This document shows positions 13,666 to 26,200 of a DNA stretch of 64,000 nt, one piece after another. The translations under genes and the position numbers were made by a program. The notes under the pieces were generated by a model. That model searched no databases. It had not been told where the DNA came from and saw only the letters and a program-made list of their open reading frames with translations. Position 1 is the first letter of the stretch, and each line of letters opens with the position of its first letter. The stretch is from Phoronis australis (taxonomy: Eukaryota > Animalia > Phoronida): positions 1,913,048-1,977,047 of the forward strand of contig NMRA01000005.1 of assembly GCA_002633005.1 (NCBI GenBank). The letters run 5' to 3'.

Positions 13666-16600
13666 TTAAGTCACCATTTTCTTTTTTAATCGTAGATACT
13701 AAAAGGAAAACAAATAAAAAAATCTTTAGTACCACTTAATGATATTCTCAACTTTTGATAATCCATATTTACTGCGTTTTGTCAAACACAAATTTTAATA
13801 GGCTGGTTTTAATGCAAATAAAATACAGCATATTTACAGCTCTCACAAACTGTAGCTCTGGCAAAAAATGGTAATCAAATCACATCGAAATTATATTCCC
13901 AATGACCATTAAACAGCTTTCCCTGTGTAACATTTTTTGACTTTGAAAACTACGTTTTTTATAACTGATTGGCTTTTTGCTATCTAGCATTACCCGGTTA
14001 ATAAAGTTCAACTCAACAAAAGGCGCGTTAACCTGGTAATTTCTCAAAGAGCAACAGCCATAAGACCTTTAGCAACTAAAAGTAAATTCTGAGGGTCTTC
14101 AAAAATTCTAGCTTCAGTGTCCAATACACATGATCACTGGATTTCCAGTTCTGTTTCCTAAAGACTTGAATAGTTACAGAGTCACCAAGGCAACTGCCAC
14201 TACTTTTTGCTCACAAGGTATGACATTGTTGTCATGACAATATATCAGGAGTAGACACAAGGACATCAAATATAATATGTATTGACCTGTTGAAGTGGAT
14301 ACAATATGTATTGACCTGCTGAAGTGGAAACCAAAGTTTATGTGTAATAAAACAACACAGTAGTTTAGTATAGAATACCATGATGGTACTAATCAACTAC
14401 ATCATCAGGTATTAATAAAAATATTAATCTTTAATAATCAGCGAAGTAATGTCAATAAATTTGTATTAATATGGGATCGTCTAATACCTTCATGGTATAG
14501 CTATAGCAGACTTAAACATCAACAAATAACAGATATATTGGACAACACATAGCTTTCTCAATATTGAATCCTTTAGCAGTTATAACAGCAATACAAAGAC
14601 TTTCATTCAAGTTTAAAATACCACCTAGAATTTCTACAGTGTTTGCCAACCCATCCAAATTAATTCGGGCTAGTTCACACCAATGATAGAAACTCTTCAA
14701 ATTCCTTTCAACTGTAAAGACCAATTAGTTTTATGGCAAGGAAATTTCTGAGACCTGGAGTCTGAAACAGAACAGAGTTCATCAGTGTTAAACATCTTAC
14801 TCCATGTAAACACTGCTACAAACTGCCTTTCCTCAAGTGAACTTTAGCATTTGATTTTGATCTATTACCATTATAATCCTGATCTCAAATTGTTCCAGTT
14901 TTAAGGTAAACTGTAAATCCGTATTGTTCAGTGGGATTTGAACAGCCTTGATGTTATAAGTTAGAAACGAAAATGCTTCCATGAAGATTTTGGATCTTGC
15001 TCAGGTCAAGTCAAAGACTGCTAGTACTTACAAATAATAATATTCTTCACAAATTCTGCAAATTTGTTACCACTCATTCTTCACAACTGCTAACAGTCGC
15101 ACACCAAACTGAACTATGTCATATACTGGCTACCCTAGTACCAAATAGTGGCATTGTGTATATTGTCACCAACTGCAAGGTAGAGGACTTAAACACCTTA
15201 CACAACAACAATGAAGAAAGTTAATTCACTACAAAAACACAATGTTCAATGATCAAGTCTTTCTATGAAACCCCATGAAGTCTTGGGGACTCACAGATCC
15301 AGTTGAGGTTTGGTATATTGACTTATATTGACTTAGTCACACTTGCAAAGCTTCTGTACAATTAAGTTCGAGATTCTATGATTCTTGATGTGAACTGCTT
15401 ATTATGGTATAAGATACTTAGATATTTTAGAATTAATACCCATGGCAACATGAGAGCACTTGCAGGCTTATGTAGGATCCTTGAAAACTGTCAAAATATG
15501 GCCAACTTCGGAACAACATATCTCAAAAACTGATGATCAGATTCACAGGAAACTTTCCGATACCGTACTTTATGCATAGTTCTCTGATACTCTGCTAGAA
15601 ATTGTTTTTTAAGATGTTCCTCTTTTGCATAAAGGTCTACCGAAAAAATAGAAATTTCATGATTTTCATGAAAAAATTAGAGTTACATAATACGAAAACA
15701 AAATGCCAACTTAAAAATTGCAACATTTTTTTAGATTTCACCTTGAACCTCTCTATCAAATGGAATTTGGTTATTGGTAGCACTATTTTGCTCTCAAGGG
15801 GCCTTTCTTATTTTGCTAAATTTTACTAAAACATGGTCACGTGACACATTTAAAGGGAAGTTGGTGAAAAGTCAAAAATCGAACTCTACAGCATTTCTAC
15901 TTTCATAAAACATAGTTTTGCAGAGTTAAAATCTATATTTTTTGTAGATATTCGGTTAAATACAGATTTGTTGATAAGGTCTCAATTTTTATTTTTCTTC
16001 TGATTAGATCGAGAATATGATGAAACTTCATGAATTTCGATGGGATTTCAACCTTTAAAAACTATTGGAGCATACGTAACTACCATTAACACAAAACTGA
16101 ATTGAAGACTTGAGTACCAACTTAAAGCAAACGTAATAAACCCAAAAATAAGAGCTCAATGCCCGTCTTATACTTAATTACATACTACAGCCATAGAAAT
16201 TTGCTTCGGTAATTTTCCACTTGTTTCACACAAAAATAATTGCCAAAATTGTAATTTTCCCATTTTTCAAAGGCTGAATACCTTGATGCCAAATCTCGTT
16301 TTTGTATCATCCCCACAGTAAAAACCAAACTAATGCTAGACTAAAATATAACTAATCTGTGTTTTGTGGACAAAGTTGACAAAATAAAATTATTTGCTAA
16401 ATAAGCATAGACTTACTGTACATAGAATCAAAGCAGACAGGTTTACCTTGAGGCGCATAGCTCTGACAAGCGAATGTTTGACTGTAAACCGGCTCACAGA
16501 AGCATAAAGTTTATACGATGAATAACAATGACAGTATAATATTGCGCTTCATAAAGCCATTGTTCACTGATGATCCTGACCGCAAGATATCCCCAAAATT

Positions 16601-18717
16601 ATGCAGTGGATAAAGGTTGAAGGTATAGGCGCAACTAAATCTGGGAAAGCTTCAGGTTATACCCACCACAGGCAGCTCGTTAAACGTGACTTACTGGTTT
16701 AAGCTTGCAGCAGCGCTGGTTTCCCCGGTTTTGATTAGGAGATGATCTATTTTAACAAGGTCCACAACACAAGGTCATTATGTAACGGCAGAGAGATAAA
16801 TCTGCAACGTCACTCCAATGATGTTTTAAAACACTTAGCAAAAATAAATTTGGTATTCTTGGAATTCACAATACGTATATATGACGACAAGGACTATGAT
16901 TATGAATTGACTCCTCATTAAAACACACTATCTGAAAAAATAATGAAAAATTGTCTACTCTGAATACAGTGAAAGGGAATAAAAGATAAAATGGCTTCAG
17001 TGATGTGCAAATTAGTTGACCAAAGTATTAACTCACAGTAGCGGGACGCAAAATAAGTTGCTACATAGCTTCAGGGGTTTGTTTCATAATTGAGTCTCTG
17101 CTACCACCACTATTTATAAGCTTCATGATAAAATAAATAAAAAATAAGACACAAATCCTACACATGTGAAAATGACCAATTTGAGACATAAAAGTGCTAA
17201 AGCTTCCAAAGGCAGCAAAGATTAAAATAAGTGTCCCTAGTAAACTATCCACTTTTCATTCCAAACTTTTTTATCACAAAAGAGTTTTTCCAGTCTCTTT
17301 TGCCATTAATAAGATGTTTTAAGACCTGCGTGTAAAATAAGCTTTTCAAGTGGACTAAATGAGTCGAGTGACTTGAGATGAAAAAGTCTTACAAGTAATC
17401 CTGAAATACAAGTACAACTGAGTTTGAGAATATTCATAAGATATTAGCTCAATCATGCAATTGTGCGTCATTTGCATCTATAACAGGTTAGTCCTGAAAT
17501 AGCACAATACCACTCTAACGTGAAAATGTTCTGAAGTCGCTATCTCATATCTTTATCATTATATAATTCACCATGATTGTAGCGCAGACAAAATTGCATT
17601 ATTGCATTTTGAGATCCAGTGCTGACATAAAGAAATAGGAACATGGCTGCCAAGTCTCATTAAGATCCTGCAAGCGGTTTAGGAGACAGCAGCAGACTAA
17701 GGCGACAGCAGTGTGCACAAACCATGCACACACTACAAAATTTTCCCCAGTTTTTCAACTGATCCATTACAACATATATAATAATTACTCCTTTCTGCCA
17801 TATTCATGAATACTATATATGAAAACTACCTGGTTACCATTTAGTTACTGAATTTGTTGAGAATAGCACGTAGATAAAACTTACATTTTTACGACTTTCT
17901 ATAGCCTGTTGTATCCACAGCAACTCCATGGCGATATCTGTTCTCATTTTCTCCAGGCTATGCCTATTTCGAGGCAATGTAGGCTCAGCTTGGTCTGTGA
18001 ATAAATGACTAGCTATAAAAATAGCAACATGTTAAGATAAATATGAACAATGAACAATGCAGAGTTTGTACGGTACTCCTTATTGCAAACACTAGAGGGA
18101 GCAATGCCACATAAATTGAAAATGCTTGTCGGCGACACAGTGTTAGTCATTCAACCAGCTAACATCATCTTCTTGAAAATGAACATCGCTGCAAAATTTT
18201 ACGAATATTCATGATGCAGTTTGGCAGCTAACAAGAAGGACGTAATAGAACTGCTAGTAAAATTTGGTAAAAACTGATCAGCGCCATCTTAACTTTTACC
18301 AAAAGACTTCTAAAACACACAAAAGATCAGTTTTTGGTGTCAAAGGGCATACAATGCTACATATAAGTGTAAAACTATAAAAAAACAGCTACTGACCTTG
18401 CTGCATGGTGACATCAGTCAGCCAGACAGATGTCACATCAGAGTTACTGTCCAATCTAGTCAGCTCACACTGTTCATCCCCAGCGCCCACATCTGGGTGT
18501 GGTTGCTTTACGGGTGTACTGGTAATAGGACTATCCAATACAATACTAGCCTCGAGAACATGTGTTGGTTTAGTCCTCTGAAAACTATCCTCTACACGTA
18601 TGTTACTGACTTCAGGTGGCTCTGCTAAATAGGTTCGTGGTGGTTTTGTGTCATGGTCTGCAACCTGCATTTTTTCTTTTTCTTGCTGTTGCTGTTGGTA
18701 TTGTTGTTGCTGCTGTT

Positions 18718-18748
<31 letters not shown>

Positions 18749-21700
18749 TAGCTGTTGTTGTTGCTGTTGTTGTTGCTGTTGTTGTTGTTGTTGTTGTTCC
18801 ATGAAACTGTTCGATTTACGTTGGTCAATATCTGATATTGGAGGACTATCGATTGACATGGACACTGCTGAACTACTGCTGGTGGATGCTTGATAATCAG
18901 TTGGGCACCGTTGATGTTGTGAGAGCCCACTGTGATTATTTCCTTCAATATCCGATGTTGCCATATTATCAACTACATGGACTTCACCTGAAACACAGCT
19001 AGTATTCGATGACTCAATTTGTAGATGACACCCAGTAGTGTCTTGTAGTCGTTCTTTAGAGCTACCTGTCCTCTTGTTCCTCACACATGTACTATCCACA
19101 GATCCAGTCAAGCCACTGACTTGACCCACTTCCCCAGAGTCTGCACCGTGAACCTTCTTCGCACAGACAGTGAACCCTGCCTGTGAGCTAGGACTTCCCC
19201 CGCTGTGTGTTGCAAGATCACATTTCTTTGGCTCTTCGTTTCTTTTCATAGGAAAACTTGGCAAGCATAGTTTGGAGGATTTCCACACCAACTGAAACGA
19301 GGATTGAGACCTAAGTAACACGAGTTGATGACATCACACTTCTGAACACAGTAGGAACACAATGCCATAACATATTCAGTGCTACCACAGCAATTCAGTT
19401 CAAGATTTCAAAAAACCAGCAAATTTCCATATAGATGACCAAAAAGGTGACCAAAAACCAATTAGTTCTTTGATGAAAATGACAACACAATGTCATATTT
19501 TTGTACTATTGTAAGATGTAAGTCAGAGCTCCCTAGATTAGTACAATGATGACACCAGAGGGCGCTGATATCTTTTAGCTCATGATTGGCCATAGAAACG
19601 ACACCAAGCACCTTAGCAACAAATCCTGACCTTTCCAACAAGGGCACAGATTGGTCAACTCATAAGAACAATTTTTGTCTTTTAATTTCATCTTGATGTA
19701 TAACGGCAACACATAAATTTCAGTGTCTGTGTATATTGCACTGGTGCAACATCTATCAGGAAAAGTCAACTCATGTGACTTTTCAAATAAGGAAGTAAAT
19801 ACAGTAGCTTGTCTATGACTTTATTTTTGTCTTGTGCCAAGCCAACTGATAGAACGAGCCAAAGGACTCCCAAAAAGTAATCTTCGTGTAAAGGCAAGAC
19901 GAAAATATTTTGAAATTGGCCTTAGCTGAAGAACATTACCGTACCTTTTCTGCAAGTGGATCACCCAGGTCACTGATAGTTTCCTCATACTGTTTTCTGA
20001 TAGACTTGAGCTGCTGACGTACCAAGTGACCTCTTAACCAAGCCTGCAACAAGATGGAATTAAAACTGCTATTTCTACAAACAACTTGCAAACTAGTGAG
20101 AATATCTTGTTGCATCATGTCAACTAAAAATTAAAATTGACTATGTTTTTTTACTTTAAAAAACCCAACCCAAGAATATTCCTAAGTTACCAGATGAGAA
20201 GAAACCTTGAAACCATCTGTGACTCAAGAAAAAGTTTCAAAGTTAATTGAACTTGGACAACCTTAAATTGCATATTTGAAAATGGTGCATGTAAGAATTG
20301 CTCTTTACTCAAGGTGTTGGTCCATTTGGCAATAATTCAAGATCAGATGACCACAGTAATGACTTCATAACTGACTAAACAAGGATGATAGTCTGCTCGC
20401 TTTTAAACAAAATTTAGACTGCTCAAAAACCAACAAATATCAGTAACATTGAGAACGACTTCAGAGATAATTTGTAGTCTCAGTTCGATATGTATTTCGC
20501 CATATCCTCCTTGACTAAATTTCAAATTTCAACTTGGACATTTTTGGCGATCGACCTGAAATTTTTTGTTACTACCCGGCAAAGACAAACGCGTTATCTC
20601 CTTTACAAGCGCTGCCAGCAACTGACATTGAAACAAACCTTACCCCACATGTGAGCCTTACTTGAATGCCAGCTTAATTTCCGTTGTCATTTGTCATGCC
20701 GAGAACAACTACACTGCTTTTTTGCTTAGCTACAAACTTTGTTAAGTACAAGTGCAGCAAATTATGTCTCACACTGACTAAAACATCAAAGTCACGTTGT
20801 TATAAATACATTTTGCATGTAGATGGACACCTTAGGAGGTCGTCGTATTTACACCGTAGGAGGTCGTTGTATTTAATTCCTTCCAACTTGAACAAATACT
20901 CTTGTTATCAAACTTTTTCTTTGAGCAGTCCTTCATTCAGTTCCCAAAATCGCTAATATTTAAAACAACATGACTTTGATGTTTCAGTCGATGGTCATAG
21001 ACTCTATTCACGCGGCGGACATTAAAATCCAAAGCGAGGCTCACTGCGATAAACAAAGTGGAAATTTACATTGCGTGAGTTAAATGGCCGGTCTTGGAGT
21101 CCAACCTGAATATTAAATCTTAAAAAATGTGTCAATAATTAACCACAGAGACGTAGAAAAATACAGTTAAAGAACAAGTCAATGCACCGAAGAGTTGTCT
21201 AACGAAAGGATATATTTTTTTCCGGAAAACTAGGTTCGACTAAACATGAAAAGTAACATGACCAAATTGAGGCGATCGAAGTTTTACGGATTAGGTATCA
21301 TGCTGAATGCAGGGTTACGTTTCTTCTAATAAATTCTTGATAAAAATGCTTTCTACGCGAACCAGGTCATCTGGTCGTATTGTTGACGAGTTGAAAATAT
21401 ATTCGGCAGCGGTGGCTCATAGCATTTTGCTGTCATGTGCAATTAGTCACATCTGGTTTAATTTGTTGATCAAGAGTAGGCCTATTAGCCTCAATCACAG
21501 CCTAGGTCCTGGTGAGGTAGGCACTACCGGGACTAACACTTGATTTGTGATTGATCTGAAACAATACTTGATGTTATTAAATATATATTTTGATTACGAT
21601 AAAAAACTAGGCTCACAATTGAAAATAAAAATTATATGACCATCAATTCTGCTTTCTTGGTTTTAATAATTACGTCTATTTCATGTGTTATATTTTTTCA

Positions 21701-23229
21701 AATATCAATCTCGACCAAGTTGAATTTTAAAATTAAAACACCTAATTCTTTCGTCCAAAGCATAACCTCGTTTTAGAGCTTAATTTCAGTTAACTGGACA
21801 GAACACAGTGGCGGATTTAGAGGGTAGCCAACTTGGGGGCTATGCCCCAGCCCCCCTAAAATTCTCCCAGATTCCATTTGGCAGTTCAGGAGCGCGAATT
21901 TCTGACGGGCAAAATCCTAGCTAATACCCTGCCTTGCCCCCCCGAACTCAAAGTCCTGGATCCCCCCTGGAACAAGCATAGTTATCATGTTTCTTCAGAG
22001 GCCTCGTTCATATCCGGAGCCTGGGTAAAGGTGCCTCGATAAGTGTGCGGCCTTCTGAGAGGGGAACGTTTGGCCGAGTAACGGGTCAGTGAAAACTCTA
22101 CTGACCTCCCGAACACCATCAATAGCATCCAGCCCTTTTGCAAGCTCTCATAGCTCTGTCTCAAGTAGCATTTTCAGTCGGTGATCTAGGATACCATATA
22201 GGCCTAGTGAGGGGGGACCGACATCCTCGGAGAAGCGGGCAAAGCGCGATTGTGTGCACGCAGGCGGCCCAGAAGTTGCGGGCGCCGAGAATGTGTACCT
22301 TCTGCTCAGGAAATCTGTCGTTGGACTAACAAAATTAATAAAACCGAAGGTGTTTTCCCCCTAGCTCGTCCGCAGCTACCGGTCCTAGCTCGAACCCAGT
22401 ACAAATTGTCTCCCGCTTCACGTTTTGCTGGTTTATTTTGCTTGCAGCAGTCAAGGGGGGGGGGCGGGCCCCTGCCCCCCTCTAAATCCGCCTATGATTT
22501 TGTACTTTTTCAAATTGTCACCTCTGTGGTCACAGGTGATTTGAACAGTGGAGAGAAATTTTCAATCACAAAGGGGATTTTTAGGCCTCGTGGCCGGGAA
22601 TTTCGTGTGATTTTTCAATATTTTTTTAAGGGGAATAGGGCCGATATTTGGCCACAGAATTGAGGGATTGACGGCCCTGTCCTTTTTGTAAAAAAATGCG
22701 TCGCGCTTCAACCCATAGTCATGAAAACACAGCCTGGCCGCATTCAGTCCGAGATGCGACAAATTATGATTTGAAAACAGTAATAAATTTTACATGGACA
22801 TATATTCCTTCGTCGCGGCGTATGGCAAGGACCCAACGCTTCCGAATTCCAACGTCCTTGCGGGGATTGTAAAACAGAGTGTCCGTATTTTGTTCTAGCT
22901 GTTCGAGCAACTACGCGGAGTACAACTACGCGGATAAGCCACCAGAGCTATCGTAGCGAGCCTCGTTTTGGAACGCGCCTCCTGTCGGCGTGAATAGGGT
23001 CTATTGTCTAAGCATTTCATTGATGAAGTAGTTTCAAAGTCAACAAGCAAAATGCCAAAATTGACAAACTGGGTATTTCACTGTCATTTGGCTTGCACAA
23101 ATTCAAATCATGCAAATGATATACCACAGTTGTACATTCGGAAAATGACAGTTTACAATGAACTTTTACCTGTATTACAAGAATGTTTCTGTCAAAACAC
23201 TCATAACTCTCGTTCGCAAGACCCGCCAT
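13666..23229 (-). CDS. IQCC: IQ domain-containing protein C-like, 404 aa (exons 23229-23170, 20043-19945, 19291-18397, 18012-17885, 13698-13666)
   Basis: The spliced product has the IQ motif IQ|AWLRGHLVRQQLKSIRKQYEETI and the C-terminal block IAMELLWIQQAIESRKN|YLRLK. Both match my recollection of vertebrate IQCC ([46 protein letters not shown]). Splice phases are consistent (0,0,1,0). The exact exon 2/3 junction is slightly ambiguous. Confidence 0.85.
18683..18796 (-). repeat. Coding CAA/CAG repeat: Q15-L-Q16-Y-Q5 in IQCC exon 3
   Basis: ttg/ctg triplets on +; 36 Gln in 38 codons in the 18389..19321 ORF. Confidence 0.95.
20777..20989. mobile_element. MITE-like element with ~33-bp terminal inverted repeats
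   Basis: gactaaaacatcaaagtcacgttgttataaata vs tatttaaaacaacatgactttgatgtttcagtc (30/33 complementary); internal short tandem aggaggtcgt.gtattta x2. Confidence 0.6.
21806..21969. mobile_element. MITE with CAGTGGCGGAT/GGATCCCCCCTG ends and 5-bp TSD (hAT-like)
   Basis: Flanked on both sides by GAACA; an inverted homologous copy lies at 46664-46945. Confidence 0.75.
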
Positions 23230-23297
23230 TTACTCGGAAGTAGAACTCTCGTGTATTGGAGTTACAAAAAGTGAAAATAAGGAAAGGACATGAGGAG
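23222..23297. promoter_or_regulatory. Compact bidirectional start region between IQCC and archease
   Basis: 68 nt separate the divergent ATGs. A YY1-like CCGCCATTT overlaps the IQCC ATG, an ETS/GABP-like CGGAAGT sits at about 23235, and the flank 22800-23000 is CpG-enriched. Confidence 0.55.
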
Positions 23298-26200
23298 ATG
23301 GACACATCTATTCCACTACAGAAATATGAGTGTAGGTACTCACAGCACTTCTTACAAGTGTGGTTTGGTGGTACTAGTAGGTTTTCGGGTCCTGAATGTG
23401 AGAAGAATGGTTCTGCTTGGTAACGAATTAACCCGGTGTGATCCGTGCGGCATTGTATCAGTCAGTCACTGGCGTCGTAGCAACCTAGTCCAAACCTTGC
23501 AGTATTGCACCTGTGTTGTGAAACACTAGCAGTTTTTCCTGTTCCATTTTGCCGTAAACCTCGACTGCAAAATTGTAATTTAAACTAGCTCCTGGACCAT
23601 TCTAACAAGTGGTAATATCCTAAACTAACTAAAGACATTACTATTTAATTCGTTGCATAATATTGATATTATTATTATGGAACTGCCAGATACAAATATA
23701 CTGTTGCTGTAGTCATCAACATACAATTTTGACATAGTCATGTGCTGTCCATAAATTCCACTTGTTAAGTCTGGATTTTTGCTGAAGCTGTTCTGGTCTC
23801 AGCGATACAGCTTGACAGCATACTGTAGTGTAAGTAAACTCCATGAGACCTAACTAGTGAACCTGAGCAGTATAGTAATTACGACACAGGCCTCAATCTT
23901 GTCGTAGAGGTGCTTTCCATAAATCACGTGAGCTTCTGTTAGCTGTTTGCTTACGGACCATTCCCTATAAGTTGAATTAACTTGCTTTCCGGTTTTACCG
24001 GGGTTGCTGGTTTGATTCCCAGGTCAGGTTGGCAATTACTACAAATGACATAGTCAGCAAACTGTTGATGTGTCGATGAAGCATGACCAACTAGGACCCT
24101 TAGATGCTGCACATGTTATGATGATAGTGGAAATTACAGGAGTTTGGGACCTGTGTCATAGACAACCATATGTTCTCTTTATGTTGTGTTGGTAAAGATA
24201 CCAAGGGACGTCGATGACCTGTATGTGAGACAATCTGGTGTTTACCTTCCTGGTGGCACGCCTGTTTTCTGTGAAAAAGTTGGAAATGTTGTAGACTGGC
24301 TCCCACTGAATCATACATGTGTGATCCTTTGTTAGCCACTAATGACAATTGCCTATTGGCTGAACGATTGTCCCGCTTGTTAGTTTTATTGGTGTTGCTG
24401 GTTCGATTCCTGGATCCGGTAAGCTCGGCAGTTTCTACAGCCTCATTACTTTCTCACAGGTTCTGACTTCATGACGCTCATAGTTCTTTAAGAAAACTTA
24501 GAGTATTTCTTGTATTTTTTGTTTTCAGATTTGGACCACACAGCTGATGTTCAGTAAGTCGACATTTTCTTTATTATCTTCTGGTTTCTTAAAAACGTCC
24601 TACCGTATAATTATGTTACTGCTATGTGGTACAGTTTACGACAGGCTTCCAAATATTTTGCTCAAAAATAATTTCCAAAATTGTTATTTTCCGGTCTTTC
24701 AAAGCCTAATGTCACTGCACATAATGAAAGATTTACCAAAAATTGTTTTATGACATCTACATAGTACAAGCTATGCGAGTAATAGACTAATTTTTTCTTA
24801 ATCATTATTTTTGTTGAGAAGTTGGGCAAATACAGTTTCACTTGGGGTAAATAAGTTAAAATTACAGTATTGCATTTTTGTACTGTTATAATCAAGTGAT
24901 AGGTTATACGTATGACTGTGTAGTCTCTACTATGCTGTACCATAATACTGCCAACTTGTATTTCTGCTCGATGTTTCTGCACCAGAACTGGTCTTGTTGA
25001 TATTTTTGCATCAAACTTGTCAAAAACTGGTAGAGTGAAATTATATAAGTATAACCATGTTGTTGTCAATTTTCATTTCAGGTTACATGCATGTATCCTT
25101 TACAAGAGGCTGTCGAGTGTGTCTAGGCAGCTGACATACTCTCTTGAATGGAACAAACAAAGTAAACTGACATGAACTTAACCCCAGGATGGACACTTTA
25201 GGTTACAATCTGCCACTCTTTAGCTCACATTTTTGATTTTCTTAACCACATCTATTTGCGTTTTAAAAAATTTAAAGGTGTTAGTTTAACACTTGGAATT
25301 TCGTCGGTGTCTACTTCTATTCAAGTTGCGACTCAAAAGCACAAGTCCTTGTTTATTGTAGATTTGCAAATTTTCTCACAAATTGCAATGTACCTTTGTT
25401 GATTTACTTTAACAAAAATTCAAAGTAAGTGGTCATATTTAGTGGTCATTATGATGTATTTACGTCCTGGCTTGTGTTCCATAGAACTAAGGAGCTTACA
25501 AAAATACGGACTAACCAAGATATCGCCATGTATTGCCAGTGAAACGCGTGATATCACTAGTTTTATACACCAAATTCTCGCATCTACTACAGCTTTAATG
25601 AATTCCTTTTAATTGTGGTAAACGGGTTGTTGTCAATAGTTTCCCATACCAATTCCAGCCAGTAAAACACGTGCAAAGTCTATTATTGTCACACTATGAC
25701 AATAATCTTTCTAGTTTTTTTTACAATTGAATCAATAATTGTAATTGTTGAACTTAACTTGTACACCAGGGGGCGACACCTTGGAGGAAGCCTTTGAACA
25801 GGTGAGTTCAAGTAAAACATTTGATTGCCATAAATGTTATTTTATGTAAAACAGTTCTTGATGCATTTTGCTGAACATGATTTGATAGAAGTAAGTAAAC
25901 GGTCTGTTATGGGTAATTTGTTTACAAAATTATGAGTCATGATTCCATTAAAGCTGAGATAAACGCCTATTCTATTCAGGAAGCTAAGTTTTGATTTAGA
26001 CTTCTGTAAAAATAAATCGTTCTGAACTTTTTATTTCTGATATAAGAAGTCATTTCAGTGGGTGCAAAGAATTGACAGTTTGTTATTCCTCGAGGCCTTG
26101 CTCTGCCAAGCCAATATGAAGAACTGTAGGTTGTTTCGAAGCCACATAATTGTGAAAGGTCTCTTATTGGCTTGCAAAATAACTAACAAAAAATGGCCTT

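Noticed and set aside
18616-18972. Poly-Cys, poly-Val and poly-Asn ORFs
   Set aside because: They are alternative-frame and antisense readings of the IQCC CAA/CAG repeat.
20645-20700. IQCC first coding exon at the gtaagg donors near 20645 and 20662
   Set aside because: In-frame stop or wrong phase; exon 23229-23170 supplies the IQ residues. These could still be non-coding exons.
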